Below are positions 1-9,874 of a DNA stretch of 64,000 bases, piece by piece (within the stretch, counting starts at the first letter, position 1; each line of letters begins with the position of its first letter). Source of the stretch: Sphingomonadaceae bacterium (GTDB taxonomy: Bacteria; Pseudomonadota; Alphaproteobacteria; Sphingomonadales; Sphingomonadaceae); the NCBI GenBank assembly GCA_031421275.1, contig JANOOK010000012.1, positions 7,773 to 71,772 of the forward strand. The letters run 5' to 3'. A program made the position numbers and the translations under genes. The notes beneath the pieces are model-generated. The model was not told where the DNA came from and made no database searches. It was given only the letters and a program-made list of their open reading frames with translations.

Positions 1-634
1 TCCAGCGGTCGCTGTGACGTACGACGCCGCCGCGGACTTCACCACCCAGCAAGGTCATGGCGGATTCACTTACGGCAGCTATGACACGGCCACCGGCATG
101 TTTACTGCATTCGACAGCAACACAAATTGTGTCATCTCGTCGGTCGTCTGCCTGCGTTCAACTAGTGTGAACCTGCCCTCAGCTTTCATGGGTGATGGTA
201 GTGCAACCCAGAGCGGCACTGTCATCCTTACGCCGGGGAAGCTGATCGTCCACCCGGGTCAGGGTACACAATCAGTGTATGTCAGGTGGACTGCTAGCGC
301 CCCCGGCGGATACATCTTCAATGCCGAATTCAATCAGCAAGACAGCAATAGTGCGGCAAACAGCGTCGGCATTACCGGTTTGTACGGCTCGCACTTCATC
401 GTCGACCAGGCGCATCCCGACGTGCTCGTGGCGTCAGGATTTGCAATTTTTAGTGCCGGCGAAAGTCTTACGTTCATCATCGACAAGAACGGCGATTATT
501 CCTACGACTCAACTGGAGTAAGCTTCGACGTCACCTCAGTGCCTGAGCCGGCAAGCTGGGCGCTAATGATGACCGGCTTTGCCATCGCCGGCACCGCCTT
601 GCGCCGCCGCGGTACGGCCACCGTCGCCGCCTGA
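1..634 (+). CDS. PEPxxWA-CTERM sorting-domain surface protein, 5'-truncated by the window edge
   Basis: C-terminus [24 protein letters not shown] gives the PEP motif, a TM helix and a basic cluster; the frame is open back to position 2 ([13 protein letters not shown]), so the true start is upstream. Confidence 0.9.
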   Translation, partial: PAVAVTYDAAADFTTQQGHGGFTYGSYDTATGMFTAFDSNTNCVISSVVCLRSTSVNLPSAFMGDGSATQSGTVILTPGKLIVHPGQGTQSVYVRWTASAPGGYIFNAEFNQQDSNSAANSVGITGLYGSHFIVDQAHPDVLVASGFAIFSAGESLTFIIDKNGDYSYDSTGVSFDVTSVPEPASWALMMTGFAIAGTALRRRGTATVAA

Positions 635-684
635 GACTGCCGCTGCAGCTTCCGGTGCAGCATCAACCGGCGTATCGGGCGGAA

Positions 685-1824
685 ATGTCTCCTCCCGATC
701 TCCGCGCGCGCCTTGCCGCCGAAGCCGCACGGCTCGGCTTCGCGCAGCTCGGCATCGCCGCGGCCGGCGCAGCCCCGCTGGCGGCGGCGCGCCTGCGCGA
801 CTGGCTCGACGACGGGCGGCACGGCGACATGCTGTGGATGGCCGACACCGAGGCACGGCGCGGTTCGCCCACGGCGCTGTGGCCGGCGGTGCGCTCGGTC
901 ATCCTGCTCGGCACCAGCTATGCCCCGGCGCTCGATCCGCTGCGGTACGCGGCGCACGGCGAGATCGGCGCGGTGTCGGTCTATGCGCTCGGGCGCGACT
1001 ATCACGACGTCATCAAGGCGCGGCTGAAAGCCCTCGCCGGCTGGCTGGTACGCGCGGCGCCCGACAGCGGTGCCCCCGGCGAACCGACCGGCGTCAAGGT
1101 CTTCGTCGATACCGCGCCGGTGATGGAGAAAGCGCTGGCGCAGGCCGCCGGCCTCGGCTGGCAGGGCAAGCATACCAACCTCGTCAGCCGGTCGCACGGC
1201 TCGTGGCTGTTCCTCGCGGCGATCTACACGACGCTCGAGCTGGCCCCCGATGCGCCCGGCGGCGATGCCTGCGGCCGCTGCTCGCGCTGCCAGACGGCGT
1301 GCCCGACCGACGCTTTTCCGGCCCCGTACCAGCTCGACGCGCGGCGCTGCATCTCGTACCTGACCATCGAGCACAAAGGCGCGATCCCGGCCGAGTTCCG
1401 CCGCGCCATCGGCAACCGCATCTACGGCTGCGACGACTGCCTCGCGGTCTGCCCGTGGAACAAGTTCGCGACGGCCGCGCGCGATATCGCCTTCGAGCCG
1501 CGCGCCGAGCTGACCGCGCCGCGCCTCGCCGACCTGCTGCAGCTCGACGACGCGAGCTTCCGCGCGGTGTTCGCCGGGTCGCCGGTCAAGCGCGTCGGGC
1601 GCGAGCGCTTTGTCCGCAACGTGCTGATCGCGGCGGGCAACAGCGGCGCGACCGCGCTGCTGGCGACCATCGAGCCACTGCTCGACGACGCGTCGCCGGT
1701 GGTGCGCGGCGCGGCGGTGTGGGCGTGGCGAGCGCTCGGCGGCGGCGTCGATCAGGCACGCGCCGCGGGCGAGCGCGATGCGGCAGTGGCGGCGGAATGG
1801 ACGGCCCCAGATATAGCGGGTTGA
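685..1824 (+). CDS. queG: tRNA epoxyqueuosine(34) reductase QueG
   Basis: [31 protein letters not shown] and two Fe-S motifs ([24 protein letters not shown]); ATG at 685 preferred over GTG at 655. Confidence 0.95.
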   Translation: MSPPDLRARLAAEAARLGFAQLGIAAAGAAPLAAARLRDWLDDGRHGDMLWMADTEARRGSPTALWPAVRSVILLGTSYAPALDPLRYAAHGEIGAVSVYALGRDYHDVIKARLKALAGWLVRAAPDSGAPGEPTGVKVFVDTAPVMEKALAQAAGLGWQGKHTNLVSRSHGSWLFLAAIYTTLELAPDAPGGDACGRCSRCQTACPTDAFPAPYQLDARRCISYLTIEHKGAIPAEFRRAIGNRIYGCDDCLAVCPWNKFATAARDIAFEPRAELTAPRLADLLQLDDASFRAVFAGSPVKRVGRERFVRNVLIAAGNSGATALLATIEPLLDDASPVVRGAAVWAWRALGGGVDQARAAGERDAAVAAEWTAPDIAG

Positions 1825-1871
1825 GCCTCGATTGACCCCCCTGACAATCAGCTTTTGGGATTCATCGCGCG

Positions 1872-3311
1872 CTAGATCGCTTCGACCGGCTCCGCCGCGT
1901 TCGCCGGATATCCCGCCGCGGCGGCGCTGGCCAGCCCCGGATGCCGCAGTTCGCGCCGCGCCAGCCACGACAGCACGACGAAGTCGAAGCCGACGCGTGC
2001 CACCCACGCCCATGCCGCGCCGGTAACCCCGTCGCTCTGCACCAGCACGATCAGCAGCCCGATATACAGCGGCAGCTCGACGATATGCGTCTTGGCGGTC
2101 AGGTCGGCGCGGCGCATCGACTGCAGCAGCCCGAACGGCACCCCGGTCAGCACGTTGAGGAAGATGCCGAGCGTCAGGATGCGCAGGACGTCCGCGCTGC
2201 GCGCCGCGAACGCCGCCCCGAGCCACAGCGTCAGACCCCAATGCGCGAACACGAAGGTCAGCAGCAGCACCGGCACGAACAGCACCAGCAGCAGCACGTA
2301 ATTCTGGCGCAACAGTCGCCCGACGCTGGCGGGCGCGCTGGCGAGCGCGGCGCTGACCGCGGGGAACATCACGCCCTGCACCGCGACGCCGACGAACAGC
2401 AGCCGCGCGATCAGGTCGAACGGCGTGCTGTAATAAGCGACGTCGGACAGCGTCCCGTAATGCGACAGCACGAAGCGGTCGACATAGACCAGCACCGGGC
2501 TGATGATGTTGCTGACGGTGATCCACAGCCCGAAGCCGAACAGCATCGCGACCTCGGCGCGGTCGACCGCGCTGCGCCGCATCGCATCGCCGAGCAGTCC
2601 GCGCGCCAGCCACACGAAGCCCGCCAGCTGCAGCACGCGCACCGCGAACAGCGCGAAGGTCACCGCCGCCAGCGTCGGCGCGACGAGCGTCGCCAGCCAC
2701 GGTGCGATGAACATCGCCATCCCCGCCGGCGTCCGCACGAGATTGACCGCGGCGAAGCGGTGCTGGCCTTCGAGCACTCCGCGAACGCCCGCGGCGACGA
2801 TCACCACCGGCACGCCCGCGACCAGCCAGCCGAAGGCGCGCGACGCTTCGCCGGCCAGCGCCGCGTCGGCGTGCACCAGGCTGCCGAGCAGCGCGTCCTT
2901 GCCTAACAGCAGCAGCGGCACGCTGGCGAGCGCGAGCGCGGCGATCAGCAGCATGCCGGTGCCGACCGCGGTGCGCAGCCGCGCCTGCCCCGCGCTGCCG
3001 GCCGCGCCGAGTTCGGCGACCCGCTGCGTCAGCGCCCGCGCCAGCCCCAGATCGAACAGGCTGAAATAGCCGATCAGCACCCAGCCCAGGCTCAGAAAAC
3101 CGAACCGCGCGGTGCCGAGCGCGTGCAGCAGCAGCGGCACCAGCACGAGGCCGGTCAACATCGGCAGCACCTGCCCGCCAAGGTTCCACCCGAGGTTGCG
3201 GCCGCGCTGACCCAGCCGGGCGGATAAGGCGGTCAGACGGCGCAGCAACGGAGCGGTTTCCTTCAACCGCGCCTGCCTAGCGCGTGGTGCGGTGCGGTAC
3301 AACTGCGGCAC
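1872..3311 (-). CDS. Wzx-like polysaccharide flippase (MOP superfamily); start uncertain
   Basis: NLGWNLGGQVLP, LGTARFG, FSLFDLGLARALTQ, YVDRFVL, YYSTPF; many TM segments. Confidence 0.85.
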   Translation of the reverse strand: MPQLYRTAPRARQARLKETAPLLRRLTALSARLGQRGRNLGWNLGGQVLPMLTGLVLVPLLLHALGTARFGFLSLGWVLIGYFSLFDLGLARALTQRVAELGAAGSAGQARLRTAVGTGMLLIAALALASVPLLLLGKDALLGSLVHADAALAGEASRAFGWLVAGVPVVIVAAGVRGVLEGQHRFAAVNLVRTPAGMAMFIAPWLATLVAPTLAAVTFALFAVRVLQLAGFVWLARGLLGDAMRRSAVDRAEVAMLFGFGLWITVSNIISPVLVYVDRFVLSHYGTLSDVAYYSTPFDLIARLLFVGVAVQGVMFPAVSAALASAPASVGRLLRQNYVLLLVLFVPVLLLTFVFAHWGLTLWLGAAFAARSADVLRILTLGIFLNVLTGVPFGLLQSMRRADLTAKTHIVELPLYIGLLIVLVQSDGVTGAAWAWVARVGFDFVVLSWLARRELRHPGLASAAAAGYPANAAEPVEAI

Positions 3312-3391
3312 GACGGTTGGCGCGGTTCGAGGTGGATATCAGAAGCTTAGGGCCAAGCGAACATGGGACCGGACGAGTTCGGTTCTGGTCA

Positions 3392-3420
3392 TGTACATAT
3401 CACAGGTGGTATGATATGAT
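3392..3420 (+). promoter_or_regulatory. Putative sigma70 promoter (TGTACA-N17-TATGAT) overlapped by inverted repeat CATATCA-N9-TGATATG (3396-3418), the likely antitoxin operator
   Basis: AT-rich patch in a GC-rich context; perfect 7-bp inverted repeat; predicted +1 falls at about the GTG start (3427), suggesting a leaderless mRNA. Confidence 0.55.
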
Positions 3421-3426
3421 TATGGG

Positions 3427-3846
3427 GTGCGTGTTGTGCTGGATACCGACGCCGTCGTCGCCGCGATGCGTTCGCCCCATGGTGGCTCGGCTGCGCTCAT
3501 CCGCGCGGCGCGGCGTCGTGAGGTGGTTCTGACAGCGACGGTGCCGCTGGCGATCGAGTATGAAGCGGTGTGCTCGAGACGCGAGCATGTCGCGGCCGCG
3601 GGCTTGACCGACCACGAGCTAACGACGTTTCTCGATGCGATCGTCGGCCTGCTCGACCCCGCCGATGTCTGGTTTTTATGGCGGCCGCAGCTTCGCGATC
3701 CAGGCGACGAACTGGTTCTCGAAGCGGCGGTCAACGGCCGAGCGGATGCGATCGTCGGCTTCAATGCTCGTGATTTCGGCGCGGTACCCGATCGGTTCGG
3801 GATCGCGTTCATGACGCCGGGAGAGGCGCTGAGGAGGCTGTTATGA
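3427..3846 (+). CDS. PIN-domain putative toxin
   Basis: MRVVLDTD, EYEAV, LRDPGDELVLEAAVNGRADAIVGFNARDF carry the acidic PIN residues; ATGA overlap with the next gene. Confidence 0.85.
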   Translation: MRVVLDTDAVVAAMRSPHGGSAALIRAARRREVVLTATVPLAIEYEAVCSRREHVAAAGLTDHELTTFLDAIVGLLDPADVWFLWRPQLRDPGDELVLEAAVNGRADAIVGFNARDFGAVPDRFGIAFMTPGEALRRLL

Positions 3847-4136
3847 CCGGACGAACGCGGCGCCCCCCGACCTATCCGTTGCGGCTGCCAGCTTCGATCA
3901 AGCGCGAGGCGGAGCGACTGGCGGCCGAGGACGGTTCCAGCTTCAACCAGTTCGTCGCATCCGCGGTGGCCGAGAAGGTCGGCGCGATGCGCACGGCAGC
4001 CTATTTCGATCAGCGGCGGGCCAGCGCGGATTGGGACAGCTTCGATCGGCTGATGGGTCGCCAGGGCGGACAGCCGCCGCGCGACGGCGACGAACTGCCC
4101 GGCGACCTCGACGGGCGCTTCGGCATGATCCCTTGA
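3843..4136 (+). CDS. Ribbon-helix-helix (HicB/CopG-like) putative antitoxin
   Basis: YPLRLPASIKREAERLAAEDGSSFNQFVASAVAEK fits the RHH pattern; translationally coupled to the PIN gene. Confidence 0.8.
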   Translation: MTGRTRRPPTYPLRLPASIKREAERLAAEDGSSFNQFVASAVAEKVGAMRTAAYFDQRRASADWDSFDRLMGRQGGQPPRDGDELPGDLDGRFGMIP

Positions 4137-6173
4137 TCACCGCGGCGGCGGATCGTCCTTCAACGCACCGTCGAGCCAGCGTTGGTCGAGCCGTGGGTCG
4201 GGGCGGGCCTCGGGCGTCCCATAGGGGCGCGACGCCGGCGTTGTCTCATCCGGCGCTGCGCGCTCGACGGGGTTGCCGTCGGCATCGGTCGCGGCATCGG
4301 GCGCGGCGGCGTCGGGGCTGAGGCCATAGACCTGATCGTCGGGTTCGAGGCCGAGGTCGCTGGTCGGCACGTCGGTGGTCAGCGGCACCGGCGGGGTGCC
4401 GCCGACGGCGCGCGCCATATAGGCGGCGAACGCCCGCGCCGGGGCGCGGCCGCCCTGCAGCCCGGGGATCGGCTTCGCATCGTCGCGGCCCATCCACACG
4501 CCGGTGGTCAGCTCGGCGGTGAAGCCGACGAACCAGCCGTCCTTGTTCGAGCTGGTCGTCCCCGTCTTGCCCGCCAGCGGCCGCCCGAACTGGGCGTTGC
4601 GCCCGGTCCCGGTCTGCACCGCCGCCTGCAGCAGGTCGGTCATCTTAGCGGCAACGTACGGCGCGACCAGCAAGCGCGGCGTCGGGGCCTCGCGCTGGTA
4701 CAGCACGGTGCCCGCGGCGTTGGTGATCCGCGTGATGCCGTAGGGGCGGGTCTCGATGCCGCCGCTCGCGACGCCGGCATAGGCCCCGGTCAGTTCGAGC
4801 AAAGTCACGTCGTTCGCGCCGAGTGCCATCGCCGGGCGGCGGTCGATCGGCGTCGTGATGCCGAAGCGCCGCGCCACCTCGGCGACGGTGTCGAACCCCG
4901 CGGTTTGCGCCAGCTGGACCGCGACGGTGTTGACCGAGGCGGCGAACGCCTGCCGCACCGTCATCGCGCCGGCGAAGCGCCCGCTGCTGTTGCGCGGGCT
5001 CCAGCCGTCGATGTCGACCGGCCGGTCGACGACGCGGTCGTCGGGCGACACGCCCGATTCGAGCGCCGCGAGATAGTCGAACAGCTTCCACGACGACCCC
5101 GGCTGGCGGCGCGCCGCGACCGCGCGGTTATAGTTCGAGGCGACGTAATCGCGCCCGCCGACCATCGCGCGCACCGCGCCGTCACGGGCCAGCGCGACCA
5201 GTCCGCCCTGCGCCCCGGCGGGCGTCTCGGCCGCCACCGCGGCTTCGGCGGCATGCTGCCCGGCGGGGTCGAGCGTCGTCGTCACCTGCAGCGGCGCGAC
5301 GGTCTCGTCGGTCAGGTTCTCGACCTGGCCGAGTACCCAGTCGGTGAAATACCGCACCCCCGACGTGCGCTCCTGCGCCGCGAAGCGTAAGCCGTCGAGG
5401 TTGGCTTGCGCCGCCGCTGCCGGCGTGATCGCGCCGCTGTCGGCCATCGTGCCGATGACGGTGGCGGCGCGCGACTTCGCCATCAGCGGGTCGGCCGACG
5501 GCGCATAGCGGCTCGGGGCCTTGACCAGTCCGGCGATGATCGCCGCCTCGGGCAGGCTCAAGGTGGCGGCGCTGTGACCATAGAATTTGCGGCTCGCGGC
5601 ATCGATCCCGTACGCCCCGCCGCCGAAATAGACGCGGTTGAGATAGAGTTCGAGGATCGCCTCCTTGGTAAATTTGCGCTCGATTGCCAGCGCCAGCACC
5701 ATCTCGCGGGTCTTGCGGTCGAAGGTTTTGTTCGACGTCAGGAAGACGTTGCGTGCCAGCTGCTGGGTGATCGTCGACGCGCCCTGGGTGAAATGCCCGG
5801 CGCGGACCGCCGCGACGAGCGAGCGCGCGATGCCGATCGGGTCGACGCCGGGATGGCTGTAGAAGCGCCGATCCTCGACCGCCACCATCGCGTCCACCAT
5901 ATTGCGCGGAATGCGCGCGAACGGCAGCCACTCGCCGTAGCTCGGTCCCAGGCTGACCAGCACGCTGTTGTCGGCGGCGCGGACCTCGACGCTCTGGCCG
6001 TTGGGCGAGCGCATCAGCTCGTCGAAGCTCGGTAGCGACCCCATCGCGATCGCCACCGCGACGCCGAGCGCGATCAGCCCGATCAGCGCGGTGATCAGCA
6101 GCGTCCGGAACAGCGCGCTCAGCCAGCCACCGCGGCGACGCGTCGTGCGGGACTGGGGGGAACGCGGGGCCAT
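4137..6173 (-). CDS. Class A penicillin-binding protein (PBP1A family)
   Basis: Transglycosylase motifs EDRRFYSHPGVD, GASTITQQLARN, LELYLNRVYFG; transpeptidase SxxK (GSSWK), SVN and KTG; N-terminal TM anchor. Confidence 0.95.
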   Translation of the reverse strand: MAPRSPQSRTTRRRGGWLSALFRTLLITALIGLIALGVAVAIAMGSLPSFDELMRSPNGQSVEVRAADNSVLVSLGPSYGEWLPFARIPRNMVDAMVAVEDRRFYSHPGVDPIGIARSLVAAVRAGHFTQGASTITQQLARNVFLTSNKTFDRKTREMVLALAIERKFTKEAILELYLNRVYFGGGAYGIDAASRKFYGHSAATLSLPEAAIIAGLVKAPSRYAPSADPLMAKSRAATVIGTMADSGAITPAAAAQANLDGLRFAAQERTSGVRYFTDWVLGQVENLTDETVAPLQVTTTLDPAGQHAAEAAVAAETPAGAQGGLVALARDGAVRAMVGGRDYVASNYNRAVAARRQPGSSWKLFDYLAALESGVSPDDRVVDRPVDIDGWSPRNSSGRFAGAMTVRQAFAASVNTVAVQLAQTAGFDTVAEVARRFGITTPIDRRPAMALGANDVTLLELTGAYAGVASGGIETRPYGITRITNAAGTVLYQREAPTPRLLVAPYVAAKMTDLLQAAVQTGTGRNAQFGRPLAGKTGTTSSNKDGWFVGFTAELTTGVWMGRDDAKPIPGLQGGRAPARAFAAYMARAVGGTPPVPLTTDVPTSDLGLEPDDQVYGLSPDAAAPDAATDADGNPVERAAPDETTPASRPYGTPEARPDPRLDQRWLDGALKDDPPPR

Positions 6174-6234
6174 TTACGGTGTGCGGCCGCGCTTAGGCGC
6201 GATTCACGGCGGCGGCAAGGTGCAAACCTGTGAT

Positions 6235-6311
6235 CGTCACCCCTGCGAAGGCGGGGGCCCATAACCACAGATGTTCGACGTGTATGGCGCCCCGCCTTCG
6301 CGGGGGTGACG
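6235..6311. repeat. REPIN-like long inverted repeat, copy 1 (CGTC/GTCA-tagged REP doublet)
   Basis: CGTCACCCCTGCGAAGGCGGGGGCCCATA ... TATGGCGCCCCGCCTTCGCGGGGGTGACG. Confidence 0.85.
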
Positions 6312-6316
6312 AAAAG

Positions 6317-7075
6317 CTAGCTTCCGCACGCCGCGCAGTCGGGGTCCTTCGGCAAGGCCAGCGTCCGCATCCGCGCGCCGAGTGCATCGTAGAGCAACAG
6401 CCGTCCGGCGAGCGAGGTCCCGAAGCCGACGATCTCGCGGATGACCTCGAGCGCCTGCAGCGACCCCATCACGCCGGTCAGCGCGCCGAGCACGCCCGCA
6501 TCGGCGCAGGTCAAAGCTTCCCCGTCCGCTGCATTCCCGACGTAGCAGCGGTAGCAGGGCAGCGCCGGCTGCCAGCCGCGGAACGTCGCCAGCTGGCCCT
6601 CGAACGGCCCGACGGCGGCCGATACCAACGGCAGCCGCAGCGTGTACGCGGCATCCGCCACCGCCAGCCGCGTCGCGAAGCTGTCCGAACCGTCGGCGAC
6701 CACGTCGTGCCCGGCGAGCAGCGCCGCGGCAGTATCCGCGTTCAGCCGCGTCGTCACCGGCGTGACCTGCACGTCGGGGTTGAGTCGCGCCACCGCCGCG
6801 GCGGCGCTGGCGGTTTTGGCGCGCCCGACATCGGCGCTGCCGTGCAGCACCTGCCGCTGCAGGTTCGACAGCGCCACGGTGTCGTCGTCGATCACCGTCA
6901 GCCGGCCGACGCCCGCGGCGGCGAGATAGGCGATGCACGGGCTGCCGAGCCCGCCCGCGCCGACGACCGCGACCGACGCCGCCAGCAACTTGCGCTGGCC
7001 GCTGCCGCCGATTTCGCGCAGCACGATATGGCGCGCGTAGCGGTCGAGCTGCGCGTCGGTGAGATCGGCACTCAA
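6317..7075 (-). CDS. moeB: HesA/MoeB/ThiF family adenylyltransferase (MoeB-like)
   Basis: [35 protein letters not shown] and C-terminal CAAC Zn ligands. Confidence 0.85.
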   Translation of the reverse strand: MSADLTDAQLDRYARHIVLREIGGSGQRKLLAASVAVVGAGGLGSPCIAYLAAAGVGRLTVIDDDTVALSNLQRQVLHGSADVGRAKTASAAAAVARLNPDVQVTPVTTRLNADTAAALLAGHDVVADGSDSFATRLAVADAAYTLRLPLVSAAVGPFEGQLATFRGWQPALPCYRCYVGNAADGEALTCADAGVLGALTGVMGSLQALEVIREIVGFGTSLAGRLLLYDALGARMRTLALPKDPDCAACGS

Positions 7076-7524
7076 TGCCCGGTCGAGCCGAAGCCGCCCA
7101 TCCCGCGGGCCGTCTCGCCCAGCGCGTCGAGCGAGGCCACCGGCTCGAAGCGCGCCTGCACCACCGGCGCGACGACGAGCTGCGCGATCCGCATGCCGCG
7201 CGTGATCGTCACCGGATCGGCCCCGAGATTGACCAGCAGCACCATCAATTCACCACGGTAGTCGCTGTCGATCGTGCCGGGCGCGTTGGCGACGGTCAGC
7301 CCGTGCTTCGCCGCCAGCCCCGAGCGTGGGCGGACCTGCACCTCGAACCCATGCGGGATCGCCAGCCGCAGTCCGGTAACCACCGCGGCTCGTGCCCCCG
7401 GTGCCAGCACCAGTGGCGCATCGAGCGCGGCGGCGACGTCCATGCCCGCCGCACCCGCGCTGGCGTACGCCGGCAGCGGCAGGCCGACGCCGTGCGGCAG
7501 GATTTCGACGGCGATGGTGGTCAT
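7072..7524 (-). CDS. dut: dUTP diphosphatase
   Basis: [39 protein letters not shown] motifs. Confidence 0.97.
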   Translation of the reverse strand: MTTIAVEILPHGVGLPLPAYASAGAAGMDVAAALDAPLVLAPGARAAVVTGLRLAIPHGFEVQVRPRSGLAAKHGLTVANAPGTIDSDYRGELMVLLVNLGADPVTITRGMRIAQLVVAPVVQARFEPVASLDALGETARGMGGFGSTGH

Positions 7525-7562
7525 GCCAGTAATGTTCCGATCGACCGAAGCTCAATTTCGAT

Positions 7563-7638
7563 TGTCACCCCGGCGAAGGCCGGGGCCCATGATCTCTAAC
7601 GCTGGTGATCATGGGTCCCGGCCTTCGCCGGGATGACA
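7563..7638. repeat. REPIN-like long inverted repeat, copy 2
   Basis: TGTCACCCCGGCGAAGGCCGGGGCCCATGATC ... GATCATGGGTCCCGGCCTTCGCCGGGATGACA between coaBC and dut. Confidence 0.88.
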
Positions 7639-7669
7639 TATGTATGGTGATTGGCAGCCCCTCAGAGGA

Positions 7670-8899
7670 TCACCCCAGCGCCGCCGCAATCCGCGCCGCG
7701 AGCCGCTGGGCGACTTCGCTCTTGGGCAGCTCGGGCCAGTCCTCGACGCCCTCCGCCGTAACCAGATGCACGCGGTTTACATCGCCGCCCATCACCTCTC
7801 CGGACACGTCGTTCGCGACCAGCCAGTCCGCGCCCTTGCGCAGCCGCTTGGCGACGGCAGTCGCGACCACATCGTCGGTCTCGGCGGCGAAGCCGACCAC
7901 CAGCCGCGGGCGGTGCGGCCCCGCCGCGGCCAGCGTCGCCAGGATATCGGGGTTTGGCAGCAGTTCGAGCGTCGCCGGCATGGCGGTTTTGGCGCGCTTG
8001 TGCGGGTGTGCGGCGACATGCCAGTCAGCGACCGCGGCGACGCAGACCGCCGCGTCGAGCGCGGGCGTCGCGGCGGCGATCGACCCGACCGCGGCGGCCA
8101 TCTCGCGCGCCGTCTCGACATCGATCCGGGTCACGCCCGCGGGGGTATCCAGCGCCACCGGCCCGGCGACCAGCGTCACCCGCGCGCCCAGCGCCGCCAG
8201 CGCCCCGGCGATCGCAAACCCCTGCTTGCCCGACGACCGGTTGGCGAGGTAGCGCACCGGGTCGATCGGCTCGCGCGTCGGCCCGGCGGTGACGAGAATG
8301 TGCGTGGCCGTCAGCGACCGTGCGACCGGCACATCGGCGGTCGGCGCGGGCCCCGGTACCGTCGCCAGCGCCTCGCGGATCGCCGCCACGATCGCCGACA
8401 GTTCGGGCAGCCGCCCCGGCCCGAACTCGCCGCACGCCATCGCGCCCACATCAGGTTCCAGCACGGTCACCCCGCGCGCGCGCAGCGTCGCCACATTGGC
8501 GACCGTCGCCGGATGCCGCCACATCCGCACGTTCATCGCGGGCACGCTGAGCACCGGCGTATCGGTCGCGAGCAGCAGCGTCGTCGCCAGATCGTCGGCC
8601 AGCCCGGCCGCCATCTTCGCCTGCAGGTCGGCGCTCGCCGGGCAGACGACGATCAGGTCGCACGCCCGGCTCAGCGCGATATGCCCCATCGCCGCCTCGT
8701 CGTCTAAGCTCCACAGATCCTCGCGGACCTTTTCCTCGGCGAGCGCGGCCAGGCTCAGGGCGGTCACGAACCGCGCCCCGCCCGCCGTCAGCACCGGCAG
8801 CACCGCCGCCCCCGCCGCCGTCAAGGCGCGCACCAGCTCGAGCGCCTTATACGCGGCGATGCCGCCGCCGACGATGAGCAGGATGCGCTTGCCGTGCAT
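7670..8899 (-). CDS. coaBC: Bifunctional phosphopantothenoylcysteine decarboxylase / phosphopantothenate-cysteine ligase
   Basis: GGGIAAYKA, HIALSR, PAMNVRMW, TAGPTREPIDPVRYLANRSSGKQG, VGFAAET; ATG at 8899 (MHGKRILL). Confidence 0.96.
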   Translation of the reverse strand: MHGKRILLIVGGGIAAYKALELVRALTAAGAAVLPVLTAGGARFVTALSLAALAEEKVREDLWSLDDEAAMGHIALSRACDLIVVCPASADLQAKMAAGLADDLATTLLLATDTPVLSVPAMNVRMWRHPATVANVATLRARGVTVLEPDVGAMACGEFGPGRLPELSAIVAAIREALATVPGPAPTADVPVARSLTATHILVTAGPTREPIDPVRYLANRSSGKQGFAIAGALAALGARVTLVAGPVALDTPAGVTRIDVETAREMAAAVGSIAAATPALDAAVCVAAVADWHVAAHPHKRAKTAMPATLELLPNPDILATLAAAGPHRPRLVVGFAAETDDVVATAVAKRLRKGADWLVANDVSGEVMGGDVNRVHLVTAEGVEDWPELPKSEVAQRLAARIAAALG

Positions 8900-8998
8900 G
8901 CGGTGGGGCTTAGCGAGTGTGCGAATGGGTGTCGAGATTAGCCCGCTGCCGCCGTTAAGGGAGCGGGCGAGAAACGCCCGCGAGACGAGCATTCACGC

Positions 8999-9027
8999 TT
9001 GACAAAACGAACCATATCGGATATTCG
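8999..9027 (+). promoter_or_regulatory. Putative sigma70 promoter TTGACA-N17-TATTCG for a leaderless transcript of the 9034 gene
   Basis: Perfect -35 hexamer at 8999-9004; TA-initiated -10 at 9022; ATG at the expected +1 (9034); no Shine-Dalgarno. Confidence 0.5.
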
Positions 9028-9033
9028 AGCCGG

Positions 9034-9840
9034 ATGAGCACCATGCCCGCCGCGCCTCGTTTTCACCATGACGGCTGGACGCCCGATGTCCAGACGATCT
9101 TTCTCGAAACGCTGATGGCCTCCGGATCGGTCAGCGAGGCGGCGCGGGCGTGCGGCAAGACCCCGGCGGCGGCGTATAAGCTGCGGGCGCATGTCAACGG
9201 CACGGCGTTCAAGGCGGCGTGGGCGCAGGCCATCGCCGTCTGTACCGAGCGTGTTCGCGACACGGCGCTCGACCGCGCCTTCCACGGCCAGCTCGTGCCG
9301 GTTTTCCACAAGGGCGAGCAGGTTGCCGAGAAGCGGGTGTTCAACGACCGGCTGTTGATCGCACTGATGCGGCTGTACGATGCGCCCGCTTATCATGCCG
9401 AGCGCGCCGCCGCGGCGCAGGCGCTGATCGACCCGCCGGTACGCAAGCTGAGCCGGGACGAGATGATCGTGGAGTTCGAGGCGGCGCTGGAGAAAGTCCA
9501 CCAGAAGAATTTGGCGCGCGACGCGGAGAATGCGGCGTTTGACCGGGAAGACGCGGCGGCTGCAGCGCTGCAGGCAGGCGCGCCGGGTGTGTCGAAAGAT
9601 TCGCCAAACGCCGATGATGGCGGCGGCTCGGCACGGGACGGGTATGCGCCCGATCCCATCGGCGGGCCGATCGATGACAAACCTGTTCTGGGTGTGTCGA
9701 AAGAGTCGCCAAACGGGGATGCCCGGTTCGATACCGGCGTGTGGACCGCCGCCTGCCGCGATACCGGGACCGCGACCGCCGAGCGAGGTCGAGCGCCGCA
9801 GGCTGCCGGACCATGGGTGCCCCGCCTGCGCTCGGGCTGA
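9034..9840 (+). CDS. Hypothetical HTH protein, N-terminus resembling a terminase small subunit
   Basis: HDGWTPDVQTIFLETLMASGSVSEAARACGKTPAAAYKLR...FKAAWAQA...ALDRAFHG; low-complexity C-terminus with an internal duplication. Confidence 0.7.
   Translation: MSTMPAAPRFHHDGWTPDVQTIFLETLMASGSVSEAARACGKTPAAAYKLRAHVNGTAFKAAWAQAIAVCTERVRDTALDRAFHGQLVPVFHKGEQVAEKRVFNDRLLIALMRLYDAPAYHAERAAAAQALIDPPVRKLSRDEMIVEFEAALEKVHQKNLARDAENAAFDREDAAAAALQAGAPGVSKDSPNADDGGGSARDGYAPDPIGGPIDDKPVLGVSKESPNGDARFDTGVWTAACRDTGTATAERGRAPQAAGPWVPRLRSG
9585..9721 (+). repeat. 32-bp imperfect direct repeat (9585-9616 and 9690-9721) inside the 9034 CDS
   Basis: GGGTGTGTCGAAAGATTCGCCAAACGCCGATG vs GGGTGTGTCGAAAGAGTCGCCAAACGGGGATG, 3 mismatches, period 105; encodes GVSKDSPNAD / GVSKESPNGD. 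Confidence 0.8.
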
Positions 9841-9874
9841 GCGCCGGGGGTCGACGCCACCCGCGCGCGGTCGG

